DNA of 64,000 nt from a virus (IMGVR_UViG_3300028886_000047), one strand, 5' to 3'. Shown: positions 19,252 to 31,900, numbered from the stretch's first letter. Program-made: numbers and translations. The notes: a model not told the origin generated them from the sequence alone.

Positions 19252-19663
19252 TTAGTAATAGTAATCTACATATATTTCCGCAATTAATTCTCGATAAAAT
19301 TCATCTTCTTTCTCAACAGACTCTGCAAATAATTGCAACAGACCATTAAAATATTCATTTTCGTCCATAATTCAAAATTTTTAACATTTATTTGCTAATT
19401 CATTAAATTTTCTTTCAATGTCTGATATTTCAGAATCAATTTCTATTTTCTTCACTAATAATTCCGAATAACGAAGTAACAAGTCTCGAATTTCCATAAT
19501 TATTAATTTAAAAATACTCTGTAGGTAGTCTACAGAGTTAATACTTGTGCATTTTGCCATTGATGCCTTTCAATCCGTTCAATCTTGTTGAGAACACAGG
19601 CTCCAGTCACTGATCGTATGCTTACGCAGGATGGTCAGACACATCCTTTAAAAGAATTATGTG

Positions 19664-19993
19664 TTAATTTTCTTTATGCTTTTCAAGATTTTCAACTTTC
19701 TTTAACCATTCATTTACTTCGTCCTCAGTTAAATATCCTTTAACATCTCCATCTGTATAGTCATAGTTAAGGCAAATTTCAAATTTATCACATTCGTCAA
19801 CTCCATTAATTATTCCAGGAATTTCTTCATCAGCTTTAAGAACAGCTAATTCATAAGGACGCTCTTCATCAGAATAAGCGTGTTTTCCTGTTATAATACT
19901 AACACCATATCCATTTGGAAATAATACCATAGCATGTTTATCATACATGTCTGGTAACATATGTTTTCTAAATTTTAAATCTTTTAATGTCAT
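19664..19993 (-). CDS. hypothetical protein
   Basis: ORF track (FPNGYGVSI...YELAVL). Confidence 0.65.
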   Translation of the reverse strand: MTLKDLKFRKHMLPDMYDKHAMVLFPNGYGVSIITGKHAYSDEERPYELAVLKADEEIPGIINGVDECDKFEICLNYDYTDGDVKGYLTEDEVNEWLKKVENLEKHKEN

Positions 19994-20013
19994 ATTTTTA
20001 AAGGATTAAAGTT

Positions 20014-20730
20014 TTAAGATATTGATTCTGCCAATATACAAAAGGTACTGTTCCGATAGCTACGATTCACATCACCATAGTACGTACGCACGCGGAAGGC
20101 ATATAATTCAGAATATTTGCTTTTGCTCCAATACCAACCATTGATTGGAAAAAGTTTAAAATTACATATATATAAAAGAGCATTTATATATAAAATATAT
20201 GAAAGAATTTCTTGTAAATCCTCTTTATCAAATAATTGAATATTAGAATTGTCTAATAAATAATGATTACAATGTTTTCCAATATATTTTGTTGATATAT
20301 AATACTTATCTAATAAAATAATTTTATTTTCTTCGTGTTTAACAAAATTTTCTTTTAAAAGCAAGTCACAGATTTCTTTTAAGTCAGTTTCTTCATCACA
20401 TATTTTATCAGTTATATATAATTCAGTTGAAGCAATTTCTTTTAAATCTGAAGAAATCCAAAATGGAGTGCCCTTAGGTATTATAGCTTTGAATCCTATT
20501 AGTTTAGTTAAATGAGTATAAGAATGTACTCCTTCTCCGTTTATTTCATGATAACCAGAAAGACTCGTATCTATAAATGATGTATTAAAAACAGTTAAAT
20601 AAGAATTTAATTTTACTTCAACATCCCGATATGGAGTAAAATACTTTCCATCTTTTACTATTAACTCTTTATAAACTACTAAATCTTTATTTGCCACTAA
20701 AGGCTTTGTTCTGTTTGTAAATAAACACAT
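20014..20730 (-). CDS. hypothetical protein with C-terminal CLec/DUF1566-like segment; paralog of 25785..26489
   Basis: Shared MCL.TNR.KPLVA..DL.V.K N-terminus; C-terminus YWSKS...AFRV...G.V. Confidence 0.6.
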   Translation of the reverse strand: MCLFTNRTKPLVANKDLVVYKELIVKDGKYFTPYRDVEVKLNSYLTVFNTSFIDTSLSGYHEINGEGVHSYTHLTKLIGFKAIIPKGTPFWISSDLKEIASTELYITDKICDEETDLKEICDLLLKENFVKHEENKIILLDKYYISTKYIGKHCNHYLLDNSNIQLFDKEDLQEILSYILYINALLYICNFKLFPINGWYWSKSKYSELYAFRVRTYYGDVNRSYRNSTFCILAESIS

Positions 20731-20783
20731 AATCTTTATTTTTAAAATTAATTATTAATTGTTTGAAATTGTTTGAAAGTTTG

Positions 20784-21266
20784 TCATTTTGCAGAACCAC
20801 CACCATCATCATAAGGCATTAAAATACAACCTTTAACTATAGGATTTTTAATTAATGATGAATCAAATTGTCTTGCTCCACCTTTGGTACTAATTCTTCT
20901 AACATAACTAGCATCAGTAGTTAATCTTGGTAATTCTAAGTCTGAATCTTCTGATACTTCTACAAGAGAATTTGGGTTTCTATAATCTGTTAAACATATA
21001 AGTGTATAAGGATTATCGTTCGATATTACAGGATATATTCTGAAAAAAGCAGGTGTACTATTTGATTCTGTTACAAAATTACGAAGAAAGGCAGAAACAA
21101 CATTTCCTTTCATAGCTATAGCATAAACTCCATCTTCAAGTTCAACTTTTTCTTTATTTGGATTATCTATCCATTCTTGAACATCATAAATCTTATAATT
21201 ACTAAGGTCAGAGGAAGAATTTGTATCTCCATAAACATATTTCCTACCTTCAAGATAGGGAGTCAT
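20784..21266 (-). CDS. hypothetical protein
   Basis: ORF track. Confidence 0.55.
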   Translation of the reverse strand: MTPYLEGRKYVYGDTNSSSDLSNYKIYDVQEWIDNPNKEKVELEDGVYAIAMKGNVVSAFLRNFVTESNSTPAFFRIYPVISNDNPYTLICLTDYRNPNSLVEVSEDSDLELPRLTTDASYVRRISTKGGARQFDSSLIKNPIVKGCILMPYDDGGGSAK

Positions 21267-21367
21267 TGTAGATAATTTCTACAATGTCATATCATAATCT
21301 GGAATCTCAATTTGTCTTTCAATCGAGATTCCATTTAAACCTGTATTTTTTCTTATAACGTTTCTTT

Positions 21368-21868
21368 TCATATTAATAATATTGTTGTAATTAATATTGG
21401 AATTAGTACACATATTATAACTGATGCAGTTTGATAACTCCAACCTATTTTTTGAAACTTTAGAAGGAATATTACTGAAATATCAAAAACTACATCACAC
21501 CATTCTTTAAAGAATTTTCTCTTAGTTATAAATATGTATATCCAAAATAAAATAAATATAATACTTAATAATGGACTTATTAAAGTACACCAATAAAGAG
21601 GGAGTATTAAATAATAAAAAAGTACATTAACTTCATTATAAGTTAAATGAAATAGATTTGCAATTATGTGTAATAATGCAGCTACTATTCCAAATACTGT
21701 AAATATTAACAATAATCCAAATTTCTTAATCATAGAAATCACTTTCTTCATATTCAGGATGGTCTTTAATAAAATTTTTAATAAATTCACGTTCTGCACT
21801 TCTCGGTTCAGTAAAATTCTTACCTTTTTCAGTAATACATAATCCTGCTCCGAATAAAAGTATTGCAA
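21368..21868 (-). CDS. multi-TM membrane protein (true start probably internal)
   Basis: Several hydrophobic segments. Confidence 0.5.
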   Translation of the reverse strand: MQYFYSEQDYVLLKKVRILLNREVQNVNLLKILLKTILNMKKVISMIKKFGLLLIFTVFGIVAALLHIIANLFHLTYNEVNVLFYYLILPLYWCTLISPLLSIIFILFWIYIFITKRKFFKEWCDVVFDISVIFLLKFQKIGWSYQTASVIICVLIPILITTILLI

Positions 21869-21898
21869 TTAATATACCAATTCCAAGTATCATAGTTA

Positions 21899-23512
21899 TT
21901 ATTTATTTAAGTTTTCATAATTAAATATCGGATATACTAAATTCTTTTGAGTTCTTGTAAAATCAAAAGGCATATCTAAACCAATTTCGTATGGAGTACT
22001 AAATCTAGCTCCTGGAACTTCTTCATTAGAAAATAAATTAAGAGAATTTCCTCTCAATCTATAGTTGATACTTCCTGGACCAGGTTTTTCTAATACACTA
22101 GCTTTAACTGCAAATGGATGCTCTAAAGTAAATGGTTTTGCTCCAACTATTCTCCCAACTTCTCTGTTAAACAGTGTGTTAAGGGTTTTAGATTGAGCCA
22201 TTTTTCTTGCAGTATTTCTAACCCCTTTTTCTAAAGCATCAGATGCTTTGAAAATTGAATTTCCAATTTTGGTTCCAGTATTTTCTCCGAAACGAGTTAT
22301 TGCTCTATCCATAAGTTTTCCACCAAGATTAGTTGAAGTAGAAAATATTTTATCACCTAACCATTCACCACCTTTACTAACTAACTGTTGATAAGGTTGT
22401 AAATCCCATACATCACGCATCATATATCTATTATAAGTATCTCCATTATGAGTGAATTGTCCATCATATCTAATTTGTACATTTCCTCCATTATTACCTA
22501 TAAAATCACCATGGACATCAGAACCTTTCCTAGCCGCATATTTTATAGGCAGCTCTCCATGAAATTCTTTAAATAATCCAAATGTAGAATATGGACTTTC
22601 ATCTATATTGTATCTGTAACTTCCATTCTAATTCTGTAAATAGAAAGGAGTTTCAGAATCGGGTATTCCTGCATATTTTGAAGTAGCCTATGCTCTGGCT
22701 ACTGAAGATGGATTATCTGTTGTTCTTCTAGCACTTCTTTCAATTATACTTAACATCTAATCTCCAGTTTCTGGGTCAGTTGTAACCTTAGGATATTCTT
22801 TAGCGCCACCTTTTGCCAATGTCTTAGTAAAATATGGAACTCTAGCTAATTGATTATATCCATAGGATGTTCCAAATTCATTAGCAAATGTTCTTCTAAC
22901 TGTAGGTAATATTGCTCTGTTAAATCCACTTGCAGCTACTGGGCCAGCAAGAGAACCTATTATTTGTCCAGCTTCTCTATTGCCGAAATTCTCTCCAATA
23001 TTACCTCCAATTTTACTACCAATATAAGATGTTCCTAATCCAAATAAAGCTGTCTAAGGAGCAGCTGTAAATGTCCCAACTGTTACCATAGACATCGGTA
23101 CATCTTTTCCTATAAATCTTCCAAATGATGGAGTTGCTCTCCATGAATCTGAAACATTTGTCATTTGTCCTAAGGCATTTGATAATCCATAATCACTAAA
23201 TGCTTTATCTATTTTAGCTTGGTGTGCATCAGTTATTGTTCCTACATCTTGACCATTATCTTTATTTCTATCTATATTTAGTTTCTATGCTCGTCTATTA
23301 GCATCTCTTTCGGATACTGCTTTAGAAGCATGTTGATTAGCAATTCTTTGATTTGCTCTTTTCTGTTTACGTTTAACTTCTACGGTTGTAGAAGTATTGT
23401 TATTTACTTTAGTAGCATCAGAACTGGCAACACGTCTTTGAGCCATTTGTGATTCAATCTATGCTGCTAGTTCTGGTGAAAATCTATATCTTTTTTTCTA
23501 AGGTGTTAGCAT
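21899..23512 (-). CDS. TAG-recoded virion-internal-like protein (538 codons)
   Basis: Continuous frame from ATG 23512 through several TAGs into ORF 21899..22423; KGG motifs. Confidence 0.7.
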
Positions 23513-23521
23513 ATTTATTTA

Positions 23522-25348
23522 TTATTGAGCTGGTCTAAAAAATTCTTTAACATCTGCAACAGTATTAGAAGTCCAAGTTCCATTTGAATTATAATTATTA
23601 TAAACATCATTATTCGGATTTACAACTTCTTCAGCCATGTAACGCGTTGTAGGAGATACCTATTCAGAAGTTAATTCTCCATTTAAATATTTGCGAAGCT
23701 ATCTTCTTTGTAAACTTCCCATATGGTATGGATTAAGTCCCTTGGTTCTAATATATTCTCTAGTCTGTCTTCTATTATAATGTCTTGGAACTTGTGGAAC
23801 AGCTATTGGAGAAATTTCCATATTAGGTTGCGTTGCAAAATTAGCAGCAATCTCAGGACGTTGTGCAGTAACAACAACTTCAGGCAAAGTCTAATCAATT
23901 AAATTAGGTTTATTAGTAGAAGTTGCTTTAGGTTTAGAATTATTTTCTTTATTCTAATCCTTTTTAGATTTTAGTTTTTTGGACTAAACAACTGTATATC
24001 GTTTCTTCTTATCATCTTTAGCATCTTCTGTTTCAGTATCCCATGAAACAGTTGCCCCACCACCGCCAGAACGGCCTCCGCCGTAAGTGCCTCCTTTAGA
24101 AGGTTTTCCAGTAATCATACGTTTAAACCAACCTCCTAACTAATACTTAGCTATGTCTCTATTTTTAAATTGTTCAACAAGATTCTTAGAAATCAATCCG
24201 CCTTTCTTATAAATCAAAGGACGCCCATTTTCATAATATCTTGGAGAAACTATAAAAGGAGCTGTTGCCAAAGAAGGTCTAGCATTTAATGTCTAATTTC
24301 TAAGCTATTCAGTATAAGATGTTACAGGTGAAGCATTACGTCTAGCTTCTGCAAGTTCATTGTTTAAAGCCGTATTGTAGGAGTTCATAAATGCTTTCTA
24401 ATTTGCTGAACCATTAACACCTAAGTCTCTTAATGTGTTGAGTACTTCGGCTAACCTTCCAGAATCTCTTCTTCCAAGATTTCCAGAGATTCCAAATTGA
24501 TTCATTATTTGATAGAATGTATTTCGTCTTGTTTCATCGTCCATTCCTTCAAGAACATTGTTCCATAATTTATATTGGTCACTATTCTGGTTGTTATTTA
24601 ACCAGGTGTAATATTCATCTACGTTTCGGAAACCTCCATCCTAATTTCGGAATCCTCTTATGCTTCCACGGTTAAAGTCTGTTAATCCTTCACCATAGAA
24701 ACTTGGTCCTTCGTCTAATTTCTGCGCTGATGATTGTGTAGGAACAAATCCTCCACTTGTATTTCCTGCGTTATAAGTCCAATTCTAATTTACATTTTGA
24801 ACTCTACTAGTTTCTGGAGTAGCATATCCTACATAAGTATTAGATAATGTTGGAGTATTTGGTGCTGAAGTTCCAGTTTGAGGCGAGGTAGTTGTTTGAA
24901 CATTGTTTGTTTTGGTATTAACTTTTGTTCGCTTTCCCAACTAACTAGGAGTATTTTTATTACTTCTTTTAGCGGTAACAACTGCCCCCTCTCCCGAAAG
25001 ATATTCACCTCCATCTATTATTCTATTATTAATAGTATTAGTAAGTCCATCAGAATTAGGTCTTACATTAGCTGTAGAATTTACGGTTTCAAAACTGTTT
25101 GCCACTATTCTGCCCCGTGGAGAAGTTCTATAAAAACGGACACCACTAGTTGTTACATAATTATGCGGCATTTTGGTTATTCCAGACGTCCCTCTTTGTC
25201 TATAATACCAATCATCTCCGCCTCTCCATGCTTCGTAATTAATACCATCTCGCCCCTTATAATATACTTTTCCAGCGTTCTAAAATTTCTATATCTTCTA
25301 TCCCTATTTAAAACGCTATATAGGGTTATTACTTATAAGTTTATTCAT
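23522..25348 (-). CDS. TAG-recoded virion-internal-like protein (609 codons)
   Basis: One frame joins ORFs 24941..25171 and 23699..23887; K-x-x-GG motifs; TAGs at codons 11, 15, 17, 20 and 23. Confidence 0.75.
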
Positions 25349-25435
25349 ATTTTTTAAAATTTAACGTTAAAATAAAAATATCTACTTTAATAAGTAAAAT
25401 TATCTATTTTAACGTTAAATTCAAAATTTTTCTAT

Positions 25436-25651
25436 TTATTGCATTTTAATAACAGAAACTACTTTTGTAGTTCCATCAACTCGATATATTTCGGAATCAT
25501 TCGACTGATATTCAACAGAACAACTGCCAGGACTAACCCCAAAATGTCCGAGAGCGTTATTAACTTCTTCTCCTTTCATTACAGGTTCATCTATCATTCC
25601 ACACTGATAAATTCCTGTTCTTGTATCAACAATTTGAAGATATATTTTCAT
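25436..25651 (-). CDS. hypothetical protein
   Basis: ORF track. Confidence 0.5.
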   Translation of the reverse strand: MKIYLQIVDTRTGIYQCGMIDEPVMKGEEVNNALGHFGVSPGSCSVEYQSNDSEIYRVDGTTKVVSVIKMQ

Positions 25652-25784
25652 TTGTATTCATTTAAAAGTTTGTTTTTTAATTGCCATTTTGGACAATAGT
25701 CTTTGTTATTCCATTCAAACCAGTTAGTCCATTTAATACCTTCATTAGACCAGTATTGATAACGTTTTTCCAAAGTTTAAAGTT

Positions 25785-26489
25785 TTAATATTTTGCCAAC
25801 ACAGTGTTAACACTACTCTTATCATCTCTATCAACCTTGTTAACATATGGATGTAAATAAAGAGCCTTATTAGAACCTATAATATCACTAGCCCAATGCC
25901 AATAACTTGGTATTAAATTCTGTTTATTTTTATATAAACAAGCATTTATATATATTCTATATTTAAAAATTTCTTCTAATTCATCTACTGAAAATAATTT
26001 AATACCAAATTTATTTAATACATGATAATTTGCTCCTTTTCCGATATATCTGGTATCAATATGATAATCATTAATGCTAACAACATTGTCAGAATATTCA
26101 ACCTTTACATCTTTCAAAAGCAAATCACAAATGTATTCCAAATCAGTATCTCTAGAATATTCTTCCTCTGTTAAAATTAACTTAGTGGAAGCTATCTCCA
26201 TTAAATCAGAAGAAACCCAGAACAGACTACCTTTCGGAATTATTGCTTTAAATCCTACACGGTTAGCTAAGTTTGTATAAGCATGTACTCCTTCTCCATC
26301 AATTGTATGCTGGCCATATAACATATCATAATTAGGATCATTAGGAATACTAGATTCCAACAAATTGCCAGTTATTGGAGTATCCCTAATAGGAGTAACC
26401 CACTCATCTCCTTTTAAAACTAAGTTTTTACAGACTATCAAATCTCTATCTGCAACTAAAGGCTTTTGTCTATTTGTAATTAAACACAT
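25785..26489 (-). CDS. paralog of 20014..20730
   Basis: Visible similarity over the full length (GEGVH.YT, GFKAIIPKG..FW.SSDL.EIAST). Confidence 0.7.
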   Translation of the reverse strand: MCLITNRQKPLVADRDLIVCKNLVLKGDEWVTPIRDTPITGNLLESSIPNDPNYDMLYGQHTIDGEGVHAYTNLANRVGFKAIIPKGSLFWVSSDLMEIASTKLILTEEEYSRDTDLEYICDLLLKDVKVEYSDNVVSINDYHIDTRYIGKGANYHVLNKFGIKLFSVDELEEIFKYRIYINACLYKNKQNLIPSYWHWASDIIGSNKALYLHPYVNKVDRDDKSSVNTVLAKY

Positions 26490-26507
26490 TTTAAATCAAT
26501 TTTTAAG

Positions 26508-27005
26508 TTATTTAAACATTTTTCTACCTCTCCAAAAGAGCTTGTGATACCATCTGGTTTTATAACCACAATGCTCTTCAAGATACTTTCTTACACAAGG
26601 TAATGGACAAATCCATAATAATTTTCTATCAACACCAAAAGGAGTATTCATTATAGGACAGGAATATAATTTTTCCCAATCTGATGCATTTCTATAGTAA
26701 GCATCTATAATTGCAAGTGCTTCCTCTTTTGCTTGTTCTATGGGACAATCATAGTCAGCAGTTTCTTTATAATGTTTGACTATATTTTCTACAGCAAGAT
26801 TCTCTACGCCAATCTTCTTATAGTCTCTTTTAGCAATTGCAATATGTTGCTTTACATAAGTCTCAACATCATCCTCCCACTGTTGATGTGTCATTGCAAT
26901 ATCATAGAAATAAAACAACAACTTTGGATAATAGGCGATTGCCCATTTTCTTAAATCATCATAATCAAAGTATGAATTAACATACATTTTGTCTATTGCT
27001 GCCAT
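26508..27005 (-). CDS. hypothetical protein
   Basis: ORF track. Confidence 0.6.
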   Translation of the reverse strand: MAAIDKMYVNSYFDYDDLRKWAIAYYPKLLFYFYDIAMTHQQWEDDVETYVKQHIAIAKRDYKKIGVENLAVENIVKHYKETADYDCPIEQAKEEALAIIDAYYRNASDWEKLYSCPIMNTPFGVDRKLLWICPLPCVRKYLEEHCGYKTRWYHKLFWRGRKMFK

Positions 27006-27006
27006 T

Positions 27007-27495
27007 TTAGATACGATACTTCTCTGGCGGATTTAAATCTGTTCCTAATAGGTGCTTGGTTTCGTCATTATAGGGAATACATTGTTTCCATCGATTACCA
27101 ACACATACATAACAAGTATAACTATCATAATCAGTATGTGAGAATAAATCTGCACTCCAGTTATCACTAAAAGAATCCCTTATTAACACCTTATCAAATG
27201 GCTTAAGCCCAAATGGAGCTTCTGGCTTCTTCTCAATTCCTAGAATTTTATATGCTCCATCATCCCACGCTCTGTGGTCTTTTGATGGCCAGAGTGTACA
27301 TTCTCCGTATTCTGAATATAGTTCATTATAATATCCACATTTGGAAAAAGATCTAGTGTTTTGAAAAGCATCAATGCATCTTATTGGATATGCGCCATCA
27401 GAATTAGCACTATCAAGTTTTACTTCTCCAAAGTTATTACTCCAAAGCTTAGTTCCTTTTGGAGCGTGTTTTAAAATTTCTGCTATGTTTATCAT
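27007..27495 (-). CDS. Bacteroidota phage hypothetical protein
   Basis: NIAEILK..PKGTKL.S...G; LKPFDKVL.RD.....W.A..FSH...CIPYN..TKHLLGT. Confidence 0.65.
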   Translation of the reverse strand: MINIAEILKHAPKGTKLWSNNFGEVKLDSANSDGAYPIRCIDAFQNTRSFSKCGYYNELYSEYGECTLWPSKDHRAWDDGAYKILGIEKKPEAPFGLKPFDKVLIRDSFSDNWSADLFSHTDYDSYTCYVCVGNRWKQCIPYNDETKHLLGTDLNPPEKYRI

Positions 27496-27668
27496 ACCTT
27501 TATTCTTTTAATTTTTCCACATTTTTTACAAATTAATGTTTGCTCGGTGCGTATTGGAATACTATTTGGAAACAAACGACTATCTTCATATACTTCAGTA
27601 GTTTCATGTACTATCCAATCATGATGACATGCTTTCTTAGCTAACCATTGTTTAATCAGATTCCACAT

Positions 27669-28832
27669 TTATAATTTCTTTAATTCTTGAAGTAATTGTG
27701 TTAAATCAAAACCTATCCTATCATTTCTATCACAAACGATTGTTAATGACGCTAATTGTGCCTCAGTAGGTTTCCAAGTTATTCGGCCTTTAAGAGATTT
27801 TAGCCATTCGCCATATTTTACCCATTTGTCTGAAGTATTGATAAGAAGTGAACTTAACAATTCACTAAACATTTTCTCATCCTCTTCACTCCACTCCTTT
27901 TTAGGTTGAGGTCTAAAAGATTTAAATCCTTTGGGACAGTTTTCTAAGAACCACTTTGCTGCTTCTTTGTAGCCATAATCAGATAATTCGAAACGTCCAT
28001 CTAAAACGTCCCATATATTATTCCAATTACTTTCATCCTCTTTACTCCAAGTAGACTTTTGTTCTGCTTCTTTTTTAGCCTTACATTCTCCATCAGCAAA
28101 ACATTTACCAGTTTCCTGAAATCCTTTACAATTTTCTTGACAGAATGTATTGATTTTCTTCAGCTCTTTCTTTTCTGAATCCCATTCATAACCTGCTTCT
28201 TTCATTTCTTTGAATAAAAGTTCGTGTTGTTCTTTGGTTGCTGGGCGAATACTCACATTTTCTGTCCAGAAATATTTACTAGTTGAAACAATAAATTTAT
28301 CTGATGTTGATAAACCACAATAAGAACCTACATGACAAAAATTACGGTTTCCATTATAAATAAATGGTTGGTTATATTTCGATACAAGTATATCTCCGTC
28401 TTTTGCATCCTGGAGGGTCCAAAGGCGCATATCTTCTACAAAAGAAAAAGAAAAGCCAATCCACCCACGATCTGTTACATATCCTTCCTTTTCAATCTTT
28501 GTAATTTGGGTCGGCTTATTATATATTCCGCCAATAATCCAATCACCTACTTTAAACTTAGCTTCAACATTATCATTAGTTTTCTGTTCGCCTTGTTTTT
28601 CAAGCCAGGCAATAGCATCTTCAACATGTACACCACAAACATTATCCTTACAATTAGCCCACATTTTCCTTAGATAGTTAAGAATGGCTATTCTTATTTT
28701 CTCATCCTTATCCTCTTTCTTTTTAAGTTCAGGGAAAAGGTCCTCAAGAACATGTCTTTGGTCATCATTTGAAAACTTATAAAGCCTTTTAGCTTCTTCT
28801 AATTTTTCTTTACAATTCATATATAATCTCAT
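27669..28832 (-). CDS. modular accessory protein
   Basis: Shares WLEKQGEQK, KF..G.WI, DAKDGD, PATKEQ.ELLF..MK..GYEWD.EK.ELK blocks with 32327..33601. Confidence 0.7.
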   Translation of the reverse strand: MRLYMNCKEKLEEAKRLYKFSNDDQRHVLEDLFPELKKKEDKDEKIRIAILNYLRKMWANCKDNVCGVHVEDAIAWLEKQGEQKTNDNVEAKFKVGDWIIGGIYNKPTQITKIEKEGYVTDRGWIGFSFSFVEDMRLWTLQDAKDGDILVSKYNQPFIYNGNRNFCHVGSYCGLSTSDKFIVSTSKYFWTENVSIRPATKEQHELLFKEMKEAGYEWDSEKKELKKINTFCQENCKGFQETGKCFADGECKAKKEAEQKSTWSKEDESNWNNIWDVLDGRFELSDYGYKEAAKWFLENCPKGFKSFRPQPKKEWSEEDEKMFSELLSSLLINTSDKWVKYGEWLKSLKGRITWKPTEAQLASLTIVCDRNDRIGFDLTQLLQELKKL

Positions 28833-28983
28833 GATTCAATATGTTCTATAAGTTGATTAATAAAACTAAATACTGACCAATATTCTGATATTGTTTCGAC
28901 TCTTGTTCCAGTCCAATCAGAATGTGTATGCATATTGTCGTAACAAAACTTTGCTAATTTATCTTTTTCCGCTTGTGTCATAA

Positions 28984-31900
28984 TTAAATCAAATTTTCAA
29001 GTACATATTTCAATGCTGCTTCAACAGCTTCTTCGTAGGAGTCATAAAAATCCACTGGATGATTCCATCCCAAAGCTTCAGAGTAAGTGTCAATATTAAA
29101 ATAGATATTCCCACTTGAAGAGATAACAGTATCAATGCTCATGTGAATGCCCTTCTCCCTCAACCATGCCACAGTCATTTGGTGAGTTGGTGCAGCATAC
29201 CAAATTGGTGTTTTATTCCAATATGCACTGCCTTCTTGTAATTGGCCTTCTGAGTCGTAACTTGCAGCTGAACGCTCATTAAACTCCTTTTCTTTCAGTA
29301 GCTTTGCCACTTCAAATGAAACGTATGCTTCTTTAATCATAATCTTCCTTTTTACTTATTTTTTCTATCCAATCTATAAAGGCATATTGTGCTAATGTTA
29401 ATTCTATATTTCTACCTTCTGGAGCTACTCTTACATGGTTTTTAATAAATTCTTCAAATGTCATATTACATTGAGTTTAGTTTGTCAATTATTATTTTAA
29501 ATACTTTCTCTACTGGCTCCGAACCTTTACAAATATGTTTCATATTCTTCGCCCACTTTAGCAAAGTGTCTTTTCGGACATATTCTACCTCGTATTTTTT
29601 ATTAGCGGGATTGTCAGTAGGTGTTATAGAATAGTGATTATCTCCAGCATTAAGAGTGCTGATAAAAATTTTGTCAGTCACCATATTATTCCTCCTTTCT
29701 TGCTTTTAATCCAAGTTTGTAAACATCTGTTTCTGTAGGTTTGTAAATGACAGGAATATGTGTTCGCAAACCAAGTTCATAGAAGTGATGTACCATATCA
29801 ACGACATCGTCAAAATTTATCCTTACAACCCCATTTTCAAAGTATGATTTGGGAAAGTAATTATTGATCTCTTTCTCTAAGTCCACATCCGATTGCTCAA
29901 AAATTGCATCGGGATTATACTCTTTCGGATTCTCAAAGAATAAAAGAAGTTCCTTTACAATTATCTGTGCGTCAGTTATCGGTTTATTATTGTATGGTGT
30001 TTCTGAAAGAGCATTAAGAAAAGCTTTTGCCACTACAACAATATCATTAGATTGTTCTTGCTGGAGAGAGTAGATAAGTTTCAATACTGATAGATATGTA
30101 TAGATTTCAATATCATATTTGCCTCCGCCAACCTTCGCATTCTTATCGGTAAGTTCTTCCCATTTCTCATAAATGAGTTCTTTCAGTTTTTCTGCGTCAA
30201 TGTATTTCATATTATTTTTTTTTTGATAAACATCGTTGAGTTATTTTATATGACAACCACATTGTCACCAAAAGTGGAGAACATATTAATATAATAGGCC
30301 AAAATGCGGCAATTATTAGTGTACCAACTTGCTTGTCCTTTTCCTTCTGATTATCTGCTAAAGCACAACCTATACCAAGTCCTATAAAATATATTGTTAA
30401 TATTATTATTTCAATCATATTTTTTTTTATACTTTTAAAACTTTAATCCAAGTTCATAGAAATGTTTAGCAAATTTATACAAATCTTTATCCAAATAAAA
30501 GGTGTTAAGGTAGGCTTCAACTTCTTTATTCAAGTCCACCTCTTTCACTTCAAGGATGTTAAGAAGATGTTTTATCCGATGTACTACATCAATAACACCT
30601 TCGGCATACCTTGACTTATCAGAGTTGTATTGGCAAATAGCATCTGCCGCTATACTATCTATCTCCGCCACTATGGGAGCTTTCGGTATATATTGTTCCA
30701 TAACTTATTCCGAATAATGGTCTTCAATAATAATTTGGGTTTCGGTTAAGTCGGTAGACATGTGTTCTACTTCAAACCATTTGTCGAGAGGATATGTATC
30801 TGATGTGCAATGGTTGATATTACCATCTGGTTCACACCATATATAATCATCGTCAGCCCAATCAAACAGATACGATGTTTTATCATCGTATGCCGCAGTA
30901 AGATAGGCTTCTTCCTTAGTATTGGCGGCAACTAATATAAGTCCACCGCCGTATGACCATTGATTTTTACAACAAAATACTTTCATAACCTATTCCCCCA
31001 TATATTTTTTGAAATCTTCAATAAACTCTTCCACTGACGTATATCTTGCCTGAATACCTGGTACTAAGATGTTTCTATAATCATCTAAGACTTTAGTATC
31101 TTCTAAACTTCCACGAAGATATTCAACCACCTTCTCAATAAAGGCATCAGTGCGGGTGTATTCAATAGCAGTATCATCATCAGGGTCTGGCACTTGATAT
31201 AGATAAGTGCTATATATATTCTTACTTAGATACAATTTTTCTGGTGCTTCCATAACTTTATTCTTCTATTATTGGTTCGTAAGAGTTTATCTTAACACCT
31301 TCTATTTCTGTTATTATAGGGTGAAAGGATAAATAGATTGGCCTAACCCAGTCAATAGGTAAGTGCGGTTCATTAGGAAACAGTGGAGTCACTATCTTTC
31401 CAATAGGGGCATCCCCATGTTCTCTCAACATCTGTCCTATGCGACCATAAAGGTCACTAAGCATCATGTGGTGTGTCATAACCTATTTTCTTTTTAAGTT
31501 GTTCAACAATAGCATCAGCGTATCCAACGGCCACCTTTTCTATTGAAATGTTGTATTCATTATATGCAGTATTTACAAATTCTGGGTTACTAAGTAAACC
31601 TTGCATAGCAGCAATGGCAGCCCGTGTACGTACTTCTTCATAGCCGTCAGGCAGTATTTCCACATCCTCTATTTCAAGTTCCTCGGCGTTCCATGCTTCG
31701 TCACCGTCGCGTAGCACAGCTATGAGTGAACCAGACTGTACGTTGACGATTTCACCTGTTGCTTTAATTCTTGCTTTCATAACTTACTTTTCTTTTGGTT
31801 GTACGACCAATTCTTTCAACTCCTGCTCCCTGCGTTCAGCACAGAAGCGGCAGTTGCCTTTATGTATAATTGTACCATGTTGTTTCCAATGACTTTGCAT

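Noticed and set aside
25150-25180. Frameshift at ACCAAAATGCCG
   Set aside because: Recounting shows the frame is continuous (ACC AAA ATG CCG)
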